From assembly GCA_030141605.1 (NCBI GenBank), contig JAQGDQ010001332.1:1-46872 (forward strand): 46,872 bases of DNA, read 5' to 3'. This DNA comes from Tubiluchus corallicola. Taxonomy: Eukaryota; Animalia; Priapulida. Below the pieces are notes generated by a model, which saw only the letters and a program-made list of their open reading frames with translations, was not told the origin of the DNA and did not search any database. Position numbers and translations under genes: made by a program. Of the stretch, positions 1-13,674 are shown piece after piece. Each line of letters starts with the position of its first letter. The stretch's first letter is position 1.

Positions 1-1998
1 AGATGCATCTCATCCTGGATAGCATCAGAATTACATAATTGATATAATCGTTCATTAAATGGGACACTTTCATAATTTAATGTAACAACAGATGCATCTC
101 GTCCTGGATAGCATCAGAATTACATAACACACATAATCGTTCATTAAATGGGACACTTTCATAATTTCAATGTAACAACAGATGCATCTCGTCCTGGATA
201 GCATCAGAATTGCATAATTGAAATAATCGGTCATCAAAAGGGACACTTTCATATTTTAATGTAACAACAGATGCATCTCGTCCTGGATAGCATCAGAATT
301 GCATAATTGAAATAATCGGTCATTAAATGGGACACTTTCATAATTTAATGTAACAACAGATGCATCTCGTCCTGGATAGCATCAGAATTGCATAATTGAA
401 ATAATCGTTCATTAAATGGGACACTTTCATAATTTCAATGTAACAACAGATGTATCTCATCCTGGAAGCATCAGAATTACATAACTAACATAATCGTTCA
501 TTAAATGGGACAATTTCATAATTTCAATGTAACAACAGATGCATCTCATCCTGGATAGCATCAGAATTACATAACTGACATAATCGTTCATTAAATGGGA
601 CAATTTCATAATTTCAATGTAACAACAGATGCATCTCATCCTGGATAGCATCAGAATTGCATAACACACATAATCGTTCATTAAATGGGACAATTTCATA
701 ATTTCAATGTAACAACAGATGCATTTCATCCTGGATAGCATCAGAATTACATAACTGACATAATCGTTCATTAAATGGGACACTTTCATAATTTCAATGT
801 AACAACAGATGCATCTCATCCTGGATAGCATCAGAATTACATAACTGACATAATCGTTCATTAAATGGGACACTTTCATAATTTCAATGTAAAAACAGAT
901 GCATTTCATCCTGGATAGCATCAGAATTACATAACTGACATAATCGTTCATTAAATGGGACAATTTCATAATTTCAATGTAACAACAGATGCATCTCATC
1001 CTGGATAGCATCAGAATTACATAACAACATAATCGTTCATTAAATGGGACACTTTATAATTTCAATGTAACAACAGATGCATCTCATCCTGGATAGCATC
1101 AGAATTACATAACTGACATAATCGTTCATTAAATGGGACACTTTCATAATTTCAATGTAACAACAGATGCATCTCATCCTGGATAGCATCAGAATTACAT
1201 AACTGACATAATCGTTCATTAAATGGGACACTTTCATAATTTCAATGTAAAAACAGATGCATCTCATCCTGGATAGCATCAGAATTACATAACTGACATA
1301 ATCGTTCATTAAATGGGACACTTTCATAATTTCAATGTAACAACAGATGCATCTCATCCTGGATAGCATCAGAATTACATAACTGACATAATCGTTCATT
1401 AAATGGGACACTTTCATAATTTCAATGTAACAACAGATGCATCTCATCCTGGATAGCATCAGAATTACATAACTGACATAATCGTTCATTAAATGGGACA
1501 CTTTCATAATTTCAATGTAAAAGCAGATGCATCTCATCCTGGATAGCATCAGAATTACATAACTGACATAATCGTTCATTAAATGGGACACTTTCATAAT
1601 TTCAATGTAACAACAGATGCATCTCATCCTGGATAGCATCAGAATTACATAACTGACATAATCGTTCATTAAATGGGACACTTTCATAATTTCAATGTAA
1701 CAACAGATGCATCTCACCCAGGATAGCATCAGAATTACATAACACACATAATCGTTCATTAAATGGGAGACTTTCATAATTTCAATGTAAAAGCAGATGC
1801 ATCTCATCCTGGATAGCATCAGAATTACATAACTGACATAATCGTTCATTAAATGGGACACTTTCATAATTTCAATGTAACAACAGATGCATCTCATCCT
1901 GGATAGCATCAGAATTACATAACTGACATAATCGTTCATTAAATGGGACACTTTCATAATTTCAATGTAACAACAGATGCATCTCATCCTGGATAGCA
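1..1998 (-). repeat. 90-bp satellite array A (~22 units, runs off the window start), reverse orientation to array B
   Basis: Period-90 repeat, the reverse complement of CAGGATGAGATGCATCTGTTGTTACATTGAAATTATGAAAGTGTCCCATTTAATGAACGATTATGTCAGTTATGTAATTCTGATGCTATC. Confidence 0.97.
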
Positions 1999-2000
1999 CA

Positions 2001-2160
2001 CCAACTAACTAACTGACTGACTGACTAACTTACTACTTTGCACAACATACATGTGCATACACTAGTATCACCTACTAGCATGTGGTCAATAAAATTAACT
2101 AACTAACCAACTAACTAACTGACTGACTGACTGACTGACTAACTTACTACTTTGCATAAC
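2001..2160. repeat. (ACTA)n/(ACTG)n microsatellite block present twice
   Basis: ccaactaactaactgactgactgac...ttactactttgca occurs at ~2001 and ~2107. Confidence 0.85.
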
Positions 2161-3020
2161 TACCACTGACTACTGCTGTTGCTGCTGCTAGTGGTGGTGG
2201 TGGCGCTGCTTCTGTTGCTGCCGCTAATACTACGACTACGACTGCTACTACCACTGACTACTGCTGTTGCAGCTGCTAGTGGTGGTGGTGGCACTGCTAC
2301 TGCTGCTGTCGCTAATACTACGACTACGACAGCTACTACCACTGACTACTGCTGTTGCTGCTGCTAGTGGTGGTGGTGGCGCTGCTTCTGTTGCTGCCGC
2401 TAAAACTACGACTGCTACTACCACTGACTACTGCTGTTGCTGCTGCTAGTGGTGGTGGTGGCGCTGCTTCTGCTGCTAACAGTAAAACTACGACTACGAC
2501 TGCTACTACCACTGCTGCTGCTCCTGCTACTGATGGCGGTGGCGGTGCTGCTTCTGCTGCTGACACTAAAACTACGACTGCTACTACCACTGACTACTGC
2601 TGTTGCTGCTGCCTGTGGTGGCGGTGGCGCTGCTTCTGCTGCTGCCGCTAATACTACGACTGCGACAGCTACTACCACTGACTACTGCTGTTGCTGCTGC
2701 TAGTGGTGGCGGTGGCGCTGCTTCTGCTGCTGACAGTAAAACTACGACTACGACTGCTACTACCACTGCTGCTGCTCCTGCTACTGATGGCGGTGGCGGT
2801 GCTGCTTCTGCTGCTGACACTAAAACTACGACTGCTACTACCACTGACTACTGCTGTTGCTGTTGCTAGTGGTGGCGGTGGCGCTGCTTCTGCTGCTGCC
2901 GCTAATACTACGACTGCGACAGCTACTACCACTGACTACTGCTGTTGCTGCTGCTAGTGGTCGTGGTGTCGCTGCTTCTGCTGCTGCCACTGCGACTGCT
3001 TGTGGTAGCGGCGGCGGCGA
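2160..3020. repeat. GC-rich triplet-derived minisatellite (~82-88 bp units, ~254-bp higher-order repeat)
   Basis: Recurring ctactaccactgactactgctgttgctgctgctagtggtggtggtggcgctgcttctg; near-identical ORF-track translations are offset by 254 bp (2418 vs 2672, 2437 vs 2691). Confidence 0.9.
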
Positions 3021-3459
3021 TGGCGCCATTTTGAAGATGCCTTGAAATATCCGCGTCCACTAGCGCATAGCTTATTTTTGTCTCGTGTAACTTTTAGTTT
3101 ACGCACAGGTAGGCTGGGCACAGCACCTGGGTGGATGATGATCGTGGATTAACTTTTGTCAAATGCAATATTTCTTCAATGGAAATTATGAATCAAATTA
3201 CATAATGTAGACTGCGTTCTTAAAAAAAAATCAATGAGCTAATAAGTTGATCTAATGCTAAATCATCGTGTTTGGTGATACTAAGAAAGCAATTGCTCAC
3301 CCAGCAACTAGAAACGCCAGGGGTTTTCCCAGCGAACACCCTGGCTATTGTGTATGGTAGCTTTAATAGAAATAAAACTGGTGTTTTTCCAAGAACCAAA
3401 AACTCGCCAAATTGTGCACTGCGTGGCTTGTATAAAAACTTGTCAACAACCAGAAACAT

Positions 3460-6400
3460 TCAGGATGAGATGCATCTGTTTTTACATTGAAATTATGAAA
3501 TTGTCCCATTTAATGAACGATTATGTGTGTTATGCAATTCTGATGCTATCCAGGATGAGATGCATCTGTTGTTACATTGAAATTATGAAATTGTCCCATT
3601 TAATGAACGATTATGTCAGTTATGTAATTCTGATGCTATCCAGGATGAGATGCATCTGTTGTTACATTGAAATTATGAAATTGTCCCATTTAATGAACGA
3701 TTATGTCAGTTATGTAATTCTGATGCTATCCAGGATGAGATGCATCTGTTGTTACATTGAAATTATGAAAGTGTCCCATTTAATGAACGATTATGTCAGT
3801 TATGTAATTCTGATGCTATCCAGGATGAGATGCATCTGTTGTTACATTGAAATTATGAAAGTGTCCCATTTAATGAACGATTATGTCAGTTATGTAATTC
3901 TGATGCTATCCAGGATGAGATGCATCTGTTGTTACATTGAAATTATGAAAGTGTCCCATTTAATGAACGATTATGTCAGTTATGTAATTGTGGTGCTATC
4001 CAGGATGAGATGCATCTGTTGTTACATTGAAATTATGAAAGTGTCCCATTTAATGAACGATTATTTCAATTATGTAATTCTGATGCTATCCAGGATGAGA
4101 TGCATCTATTGTTACATTGAAATTATAAAAGTATCCCATTTAATGAACGATTATGTGTGTTATGTAATTCTGATGCTATCCAGTATGAGATGCATCTGTT
4201 GTTACATTGAAATTATGAAATTGTCCCATTTAATGAACGATTATATCAGTTATGTAATTCTGATGCTATCCAGGATGAGATGCATCTGTTGTTACATTGA
4301 AATTATGAAAGTGTCCCATTTAATGAACGATTATGTCAGTTATGTAATTCTGATGCTATCCAGGATGAGATGCATCTGTTTTTACATTGAAATTATGAAA
4401 GTGTCCCATTTAATGAACGATTATGTCAGTTATGTAATTCTGATGCTATCCAGGATGAGATGCATCTGTTTTTACATTGAAATTATGAAAGTGTCCCATT
4501 TAATGAACGATTATTTCAATTATGTAATTCTGATGCTATCCAGGATGAGATGCATCTGTTGTTACATTGAAATTATGAAAGTGTCCCATTTAATGAACGA
4601 TTATGTCAGTTATGTAATTCTGATGCTATCCAGGATGAGATGCATCTGTTGTTACATTGAAATTATGAAAGTGTCCCATTTAATGAACGATTATGTCAGT
4701 TATGTAATTCTGATGCTATCCAGGATGAGATGCATCTGTTGTTACATTGAAATTATGAAAGTGTCCCATTTAATGAACGATTATGTCAGTTATGTAATTC
4801 TGATGCTATCCAGGATGAGATGCATCTGTTGTTACATTGAAATTATGAAAGTGTCCCATTTAATGAACGATTATGTCAGTTATGTAATTCTGATGCTATC
4901 CAGGATGAGATGCATCTGTTGTTACATTGAAATTATGAAAGTGTCCCATTTAATGAACGATTATGTCAGTTATGTAATTCTGATGCTATCCAGGATGAGA
5001 TGCATCTGTTTTTACATTGAAATTATGAAAGTGTCCCATTTAATGAACGATTATGTCAGTTATGTAATTCTGATGCTATCCAGGATGAGATGCATCTGTT
5101 GTTGCATTGAAATTATGAAAGTGTCCCATTTAATGAACGATTATGTCAGTTATGTAATTCTGATGCTATCCAGGATGAGATGCATCTGTTTTTACATTGA
5201 AATTATGAAAGTGTCCCATTTAATGAACGATTATGTCAGTTATGTAATTCTGATGCTATCCAGGATGAAATGCATCTGTTGTTACATTGAAATTATGAAA
5301 GTGTCCCATTTAATGAACGATTATGTCAGTTATGTAATTCTGATGCTATCCAGGATGAGATGCATCTGTTGTTACATTGAAATTATGAAAGTGTCCCATT
5401 TAATGAACGATTATGTCAGTTATGTAATTCTGATGCTTCCAGGATGAGATGCATCTGTTGTTACATTGAAATTATGAAAGTGTCCCATTTAATGAACGAT
5501 TATGTCAGTTATGTAATTCTGATGCTATCCAGGATGAGATGCATCTGTTGTTACATTGAAATTATGAAAGTGTCCCATTTAATGAACGATTATGTCAATT
5601 ATGTAATTCTGATGCTATCCAGGACGAGATGCATCTGTTGTTACATTGAAATATGAAAGTGTCCCATTTAATGAACGATTATGTCAGTTATGTAATTCTG
5701 ATGCTATCCAGGATGAGATGCATCTGTTTTTACATTGAAATTATGAAAGTGTCCCATTTAATGAACGATTATGTCAGTTATGTAATTCTGATGCTATCCA
5801 GGATGAGATGCATCTGTTTTTACATTGAAATTATGAAAGTGTCCCATTTAATGAACGATTATTTCAATTATGTTATTCTGATGCTATCCAGGATGAGATG
5901 CATCTGTTTTTACATTGAAATTATGAAAGTGTCCTATTTAATGAACGATTATTTCAGTTATGTAATTCTGATGCTATCCAGGATGAGATGCATCTGTTTT
6001 TACATTGAAATTATGAAAGTGTCCTATTTAATGAACGATTATTTCAGTTATGTAATTCTGATGCTATCCAGGATGAGATGCATCTGTTTTTACATTGAAA
6101 TTATGAAAGTGTCCTATTTAATGAACGATTATTTCAGTTATGTAATTCTGATGCTATCCAGGATGAGATGCATCTGTTTTTACATTGAAATTATGAAAGT
6201 GTCCTATTTAATGAACGATTATTTCAGTTATGTAATTCTGATGCTATCCAGGATGAGATGCATCTGTTTTTACATTGAAATTATGAAAGTGTCCTATTTA
6301 ATGAACGATTATTTCAGTTATGTAATTCTGATGCTATCCAGGATGAGATGCATCTGTTTTTACATTGAAATTATGAAAGTGTCCTATTTAATACACGATT

Positions 6401-6681
6401 ATTTCAGTTATGTAATTCTGATGCTATCCAGGATGAGATGCATCTGTTTCTACATTGAAATTATGAAAGTGTCCCATTTAATGAACGATTATGTCAGTTA
6501 TGTAATTCTGATGCTATCCAGGATGAGATGCATTTGTTGTTATATTGAAATTATGAAAGTGTCCCATTTAATGAACGATTATGTTAGTTATGTAATTCGG
6601 CATCTGTTTTTACATTGAAATTATGAAAGTGTCCCATTTAATGAACGATTATGTGTGTTATGTAATTCTGATGCTATCCAG
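3460..6681 (+). repeat. 90-bp satellite array B (~36 units)
   Basis: Same monomer as array A on the + strand; internal palindrome AGATGCATCT; homogeneous sub-block with gtcctattta/atttcagt variants at ~5890-6420. Confidence 0.97.
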
Positions 6682-7262
6682 TTTTTATTTATTTTTGTTT
6701 ACAATAAAGTTATATACATGATATACACGAATCATCAAATTCAAATTCAAATCAAGTTTATTTGATCAGCAAACAAGCAAACTACAATAATGTCAAATTC
6801 ATGTATAACTTTTTACTGTATAACTGAAAGAGAGGAAAGAAAAAATAAAACTTTTTTGACTCTCCAAACGTGATGTATTAATGACACATGGTAGCTATAA
6901 ATGGGGACCTTGTAATCAAACAAGCAATTTTGCTTTGGAATTCTCTACCATTACAGGTTAAACAAATCAAGTCCCTATCAGCATTTAAAACAAAATTAAA
7001 ATCACTAATATTAACTAGATATGAAATACCATCACACTAATTTAGAATTTATTTACCCACGGCCATATTAATTAAATCATAGTTTTTTATATTTTTTGTG
7101 TATGGTTGCAAATATGTTTGATTTTATTCGTCATTACTGCTTTAGATTGCACTGACGCATTTGCCTTCAGCAGTGTAAGTTTTTATTAACTAACGCTGAT
7201 TGATTATCTCTGTAAAGTTTTTATCAGTGATTATCAATGTTTTAATGGCAAATAAAGATTAT

Positions 7263-7293
<31 letters not shown>

Positions 7294-7614
7294 ATAAGCC
7301 ACCATGAAATGTGATATGAAAAATAAAGATGATGAGAAAAGAGGAGAATAAAGAAGAGCCACGTTGCAGTTAGTGGAAAGAAAGAAGTCAAAAGAAAACA
7401 ATGATCATGTTAATCACTATCAAGCAACTAATATGTCATTGTGATCGGATTTTATTAAATACTGGGGTGCAGGTAATTATGAATGATATTGAAAAGGGGA
7501 AAGTGCATTGAACATTTCTATTCATAGGCACCAGGCCAACCAACCTACAGGTAATGTTATGACCTCCACTTTAAACTAGGAAGCCCATAACATTACCTGC
7601 CATTCGTTGAGCAG

Positions 7615-7714
7615 TGGTTTCCTGTGGAAAGAAAGAACACGTGACATCGTCAGTTGTTTTCTGGTTGTGGTGGAATGCACTTCTCCTGTCTGCCTGTCGA
7701 GTGTCGTGGATTCC
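7615..7714 (+). CDS. Possible internal exon of the plus-strand membrane-protein gene (VSCGKKEHVTSSVVFWLWWNALLLSACRVSWIP)
   Basis: cag|TGG acceptor (weak pyrimidine tract), CC|gtaagg donor, open frame phase-compatible with 8294-8366; no recognised homology. Confidence 0.2.
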
Positions 7715-8124
7715 GTAAGGTTCTAAGCATTGTCATCAGGTTTTGTTTTTCTTTCTATTGTGTTGTTCTTCTCAGCCGTCCCTTTTGAATTCTAAGTTTT
7801 GTTTTTTGTCGTTTCTTTTTTTTAAATTTCTGGAGTGTCACCCGCACCAGAGCTTACCCGCATCACCGATGGTGGGTCGTAAGGCTATCTACCGGGTCCA
7901 ACACCGGAACATTATAATGATATTTGTCTTGAAATACAAAGAAATCATCGCGATGTATATGTATGCACGTTTACAATTGTTTTTAATTTAATTACTTTTA
8001 AATAATTAAATCTCATTAAAAGAATGTTAGAACGTGCAATAATTTTGTTTTGTTACATCGCCTAACATTAGTGTGTTTACGAGGGACTTGGTCCTAATTT
8101 TGGCACAACAACTCCATAATTATA

Positions 8125-8126
<2 letters not shown>

Positions 8127-8175
<49 letters not shown>

Positions 8176-8223
8176 TGCGTGCGTGTGTGTGCGTGTGTGT
8201 TTGTGTGTGTGTGTGTGTGTGTA
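8127..8223. repeat. (GT)n/(GCGT)n microsatellite
   Basis: Directly visible. Confidence 0.95.
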
Positions 8224-8293
8224 CTGTTAGAAAATTAGGTATTTTAAATATTTCCCAACCAGTTTATTTAATAATGACCATCCTTGTTTTCAG

Positions 8294-8366
8294 CGTATGC
8301 CAACCATCGTATGCCACGCCAACTCAACAATCGAATGCACCTTTGCGAAACCCAGGGAGAGATTCG
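8294..8366 (+). CDS. Possible internal exon (VCQPSYATPTQQSNAPLRNPGRDS), S/T/P-rich stalk
   Basis: ttgttttcag| acceptor and TCG|gtaaga donor; ends in phase 0, matching the exon at 10430. Confidence 0.4.
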
Positions 8367-8770
8367 GTAAGACTGGCTATGTAAAAAAGCTGCAATGCAA
8401 TGGCGTAGCTAAAGTTTGTGGCACCTGGTGGCGCCATCTTGAGTTTCTCACAAACTTCACCTTTCTTTGTCGCAATCTTTCGGCAGATGGCGCTGCGTGT
8501 GGCTTTTTTCTTGGAAAATTAACTTGCGTCGGGCGTTATGCTTTTCTGTATACTATTCCAACAAAATCAACTTTTTAAATGCACTTATCATACATAATGT
8601 AATCGCTGCTTAGTGAGAGCAGTTTTTCATGCAGCAAATGCTTACAGTCCTGAAGGAGTTAACCTGCTTACATTCATTCAGAAATCACGATGTTGATACC
8701 ATGACAGCTTATTTGTTCGAAAAAATTGTAAATACGAACTTTACGTAATTAGATTTATGAATTTATTAGT

Positions 8771-9518
8771 AATTATGAAAGTGTCCCATTTAATGAACGA
8801 TTATGTCAGTTATGTAATTCTGATGCTATCCTGGGTGAGATGCATCTGCTGTTACATTGAAATTATGAAAGTGTCCTGTTTAATGAACGATTGTGTCAGT
8901 TATGTAATTCTGATGCTATCCAGGATGAGATGCATCTGCTTTTACATTTAAATTATGAAACTGAACGTGTCCCATTTAATGAACGATTATGTCAGTTATG
9001 TAATTCTGATGCTATCCTGGGTGAGATGCATCTGCTGTTACATTGAAATTATGAAACTGAAAGTGTCCCATTTAATGAACGATTGTGTCAGTTATGTAAT
9101 TCTGATGCTATCCTGGGTGAGATGCATCTGCTGTTACATTGAAATTATGCAAGTGTCCCATTTAATGAACGATTGTGTCAGTTATGTAATTCTGATGCTA
9201 TCCTGGGTGAGATGCATCTGCTGTTACATTGAAATTATGAAAGTGTCCCATTTAATGAACGATTATGTCAGTTATGTAATTGTGATGCTATCCAGGATGA
9301 GATGCATCTGCTTTTACATTTAAATCATGAAACTGAAAGTGTCCCATTTAATGAACGATTGTGTCAGTTATGTAATTCTGATGCTATCCTGGGTGAGATG
9401 CATCTGCTGTTACATTGAAATTATGAAAGTGTCCTGTTTAATGAACGATTGTGTCAGTTATGTAATTCTGATGCTATCCAGGATGAGATGCGTCTGTTTT
9501 TACATTAAAATTATGAAA
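8771..9518 (+). repeat. 90/96-bp satellite array C (diverged variant of arrays A/B)
   Basis: Same monomer with ctgggtgaga and gattgtgtc variants and a 6-bp insertion (gaaactgaaagtg) in some units. Confidence 0.95.
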
Positions 9519-10429
9519 AATGATGAGATTTCATACAAATCGCATTAATTACTTAGTGCACTAGGCATATATATTGTTGCGGAGGTGGACAAGAGGTCGC
9601 GGGTTCAAATCTGGATCAAATGTTGTACATGTGAAAATAGAAAAGAAAATTAAAAATGTAAACAAAAAAAATTAAGATGAAAACTAGCCAGAATCTTTTC
9701 CTGCGTTCTTCATGTTGATCACGACTATGGAACAGGTGCTGAAGTTGTAAACGCACCTGCCCGTCTGCTGACTGAACCGACGAGGCCATTATAGCTGGTA
9801 TGGAATGCTGCTATGTAATGGCTTCGTAATGGACCAAGCCATCACAATGTAGAAGGGAGGGGGTCGAAAATTAAAGACAATTTGCCCCCGTAACAATGTA
9901 TATATATAGGTGCATTAGACAGGAATTGTTGAAAAGAACGATTGTTTAGAATAAGCACATTGAGTATAGAAAAGCTGTGTTAAATAATAATTTTGTTTAA
10001 ATTGGCGATTAAATTATTAAATTAATAATTCAAGATTCAATGCTTGACGATGCAAGATTAAACTATCGTCGTGGCTAGAAGCCTAGTTAGGTGTGGCATC
10101 ACGTGACCAGCTGACTCAGAAGTAAAGATTGATGATGTAATCCTTATGCGCAGAAGCGTTAGGAACTGACTCGAAGACGGAAGCATTACTATCCTCTGAT
10201 ATTTACCGTATTGTGTTTGTTGTTTAACAAATGTGTAGTTTATTATATAAAGTCTTGATAGTTTGCCATGCCCATTGTGGACTTGTTGAAAAGAACGATT
10301 GTTTAGAATAAGCACATAGCCAATCGCATTAACATATTTAACTTTACACGAGAGCTTTTGATCATGCGTCCGTAATTAACATAAATTTTTATCATGTTAA
10401 AGACATTAATAAAGCCATTTCGTTTTCAG

Positions 10430-10651
10430 GTTAATGAATGCGATACAGATGACAACAGGGTAATGGTAACAGCTGAATACATGGACAAAATACTCCTATT
10501 ACGCAAACGCGAAGAGGACTCGAATAATGTGGGAAAATGGGTAGCATTCGTATTATTAATAATTGCAATCATTTTATTAATAATCGGCATCACAGTGGCA
10601 AAAGTTCTTCTGTGGGGAAAACGGGAAGTCCCTTATCCTGAAAAAGGTTGA
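10430..10651 (+). CDS. Terminal coding exon of a single-pass membrane protein (VNECDTDDNR...WVAFVLLIIAIILLIIGITVAKVLLW GKREVPYPEKG*)
   Basis: ttcgttttcag|GTT acceptor, non-repetitive hydrophobic helix followed by basic residues and a short Tyr-containing tail, TGA stop. Confidence 0.6.
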   Translation, partial: VNECDTDDNRVMVTAEYMDKILLLRKREEDSNNVGKWVAFVLLIIAIILLIIGITVAKVLLWGKREVPYPEKG

Positions 10652-12774
10652 TTTATTATATCGTAAATGTATTACTTACAATGATATAATACAGTGATGG
10701 TTCGTCCTCGAACCAAAATGGAGGAGAATTTTTTTGTTTGGTTTGCTTACAAAAGATTGTATAGTACGCACCAAAATGAACCACGAAAAATTTCAGTTGC
10801 ATAAATTTTGCATGACGCTTACAGAGCAAAAAAATTTGAGAGTTCTGGTTTTGAAATTTATAAATACCCCCTCCCCCCCTCCGCATTTGTAGGTCAACCT
10901 TACGGCTCCATCTAGGCTCGTCTTCAACGTGACTTCTAGGGTACAACTTGCCAATTCAATTCAATCCACTTTCTTTTTCTCCACAGGAAGCAACAATTTT
11001 TGTGACTTTATAATGAAAAATAAAATTATATAAAAGAGAAGGGGCAGCGGGGGAGGGGGGACCATACGGTCATCAGGTCATCTGCCCCTATAATAATAGC
11101 TTGTTGCAGCAGTGTACTTATTTAAGGACTTTGCAGTTTGTTTGCAACGAAAACGATGACAAATAATTAGTGTAGTGGGTGCATAGGCCCTTTTTTGGTT
11201 TCAATTTAGTTTTCATTTACACTCACGGTGCTGCCACCTGTTTGTTGATTTAGTAAGCATTTAGCTTTTTACAGTAGTCACTCTTTTAAAATTGAAGCAC
11301 CTACATCCTTCAATAGATTAGCATTTTGGCCTTTCGTGAGCTATAGCTGTAGTAGTTGTATGACATTTTACCCGTCTTTTGGTTCTCTCTGCCATTGCTC
11401 TATTTTTCTGTCTGTGATGAGCATTGTGACTGTGAATTTCTTACGAGTTCATTGTTGTTACATTGTTGTTCTTAAGGCTACTTGGAGTTCTCATTCCTGT
11501 CTTTGTAACTGTTAAAGGCTCTAACAACGTAAGTTATTGTTAATTGATTTCAATATAGTCTACATAATTTTTATATCAGTACTTAGTTATAGAAATACAT
11601 TTAATCATGCAACTAATTTTCTTCTACTCAATGCAAATTAAACTAAATGTTAATAATTGTATTTCAGAATAAAGAAACTTTTGGTCAACACGTTAAACTG
11701 GTGTTTTCTATCCATTTCAGCAATATCGTTTTGTTTGAGATCATTAATTTCACGTATTTCCTGGTAAATTTTGTTTAAATGCTTGCCGTTCGCCTAATTA
11801 CTGACCAACCTCCACGCACTTCACTTACGATAATTCTCTAAATACAATTTCACTGGAGTTTCCCGTAGAGGACAGATATTTGCTGCTCTATTGAAAACTA
11901 ATGACTCGTTAAGGGTTTGTTTTGACATTTTTGCTGGGCACAGCAGAAATTTACTGTATGGTAGAAGAAATCAATTTAACTCAATTCTTGCCAATTTGAT
12001 TAAATTCACTGAGTGTGAAACGCAGTATAATATAGTACATCACAATTGCTGAAACGTTGTTGCTGTTTCTCATGTAGTTTGTTCGGTATTTGGGTGGGTG
12101 GTGGACCAGAGCATAATAATTGTCTCCTGACGAAGGACACAAAAGAATGTACAATACAATATATATATATATATATATTTCAATTAGTCAATGCACAAAA
12201 TACGAAAAACGTGAATCAAAACTTGTAAAAGATAATCAAATGTAACTCAAGAGTCTAAACGTAAATAAAAAAACTTTGGCAAGAAAAACAGTGTAGTATT
12301 CGAAACCAAACTAAAATTATAACAAAAGGGGGGAATAATTTGTTGCACGAATGCAAACAAATCTCAAACAAACTCAAAAACATGGTTGAAGAACTTGGTG
12401 AACAAAGAAAATTATAATTAACTCAAAAACAAAATCGAAATTTAACACAAATGAGAATAATCTAATGATCTAATCACTAGTATCAAATCAAAGCAACAAA
12501 AAAAGGAAAAAATAAGAGAAATGGCAAAATAAGAAAAGAGTAACGAATAGCATGTTAAATGATACACTTTAACGTCAGCAATACTCACAAATTTTGATTA
12601 TATTGTGACATCAGGACCATCAAGTTAAAGTAAGACCCAGATGTTACTTCATTTAGGAGTGAGTTCCATAATGTGGCACCTTTACATCTTAGAGAATTTT
12701 GGCCCGTATTTAGTATTGAATCTTTCAACGACATGTCACTGAGTATATGGAAATCTGGTATGGTAACGATGCTT

Positions 12775-13614
12775 CAGTGAGTGAGTGAGTGAGTGAGTGA
12801 GTGAGTGAGTGAGTGAGGAGGAGGAGTGAGTGAGGAGTGAGTGAGTGAGTGAGTGAGTGAGTGAGTGAGTGAGTGAGTGAGTGAGTGAGTGAGTGAGTGA
12901 GTGAGTGAGTGAGTGAGTGAGTGAGGAGAGGAGTGAGTGAGTGAGTGAGTGAGTGAGTGAGAGTGTGAGTGAGGAGAGTGAGTGAGTGAGTGAGTGAGTG
13001 AGTGAGTGAGTGAGTGAGTGAGTGAGGAGTGGGAGTGAGTGAGGGTGAGGAGGAGAGGAGTGAGGAGTGAGTGAGTGAGTGAGGAGTGAGTGAGTGAGTG
13101 AGAAGTGAGTGAGTGAGTGAGTGAGGAGTGAGTGAGTGAGGAGTGAGTGAGTGAGTGAGTGAGTGAGGAGTGAGTGAGTGAGTGAGTGAGTGAGTGAGTG
13201 AGTGAGTGAGTGAGTGAGTGAGTGAGTGAGTGAGTGAGTGAGTGAGTGAGAGAGGAGTGAGTGAGTGAGTGAGTGAGGAGTGAGTGAGTGAGTGAGGAGT
13301 GAGTGAGTGAGTGAAGAGTGAGTAAGTGAGTGAGTGAGTGAGTGAGTGAGTGAGGAGTGAGTAAGTAAGTAAGTAAGCAAGCAAGCAAGTAAAAGTAAGT
13401 AAGTAGGTAGGTAGGTAGGTAGGTGGTAGGTAGGTAGGTAGGTAGGTAGGTAGGCAGGCAGGCAGGCAGGTAGGTAGGTAGGTAGGTAGGTAGGTAGGTA
13501 GGTAGGTAGGTAGGTAGGTAGGTAGGTAGGTAGGTAGGAGGGTAGGTAGGTAGGTAGGTAGGTAGGTAGGTAGGTAGGTAGGTAGGTAGGTAGGTAGGTA
13601 GGTAGGTAAGTAAG
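12775..13614. repeat. Compound tetranucleotide microsatellite (GAGT)n-(AAGT)n-(AGGT)n
   Basis: Directly visible. Confidence 0.97.
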
Positions 13615-13674
13615 TTTTATCCCTTGTAGGCAAGGCACCCCCGCCATTTCAATATTAATGATGAAAGAAACTAG

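Noticed and set aside
2160-3045. Many overlapping Ala/Thr/Leu/Cys ORFs
   Set aside because: Frame-shifting GC-rich minisatellite; no consistent frame
12725-13647. ~300-aa LTHS/LPTY ORFs
   Set aside because: Translation of tetranucleotide microsatellites; the same applies to 25556-26148
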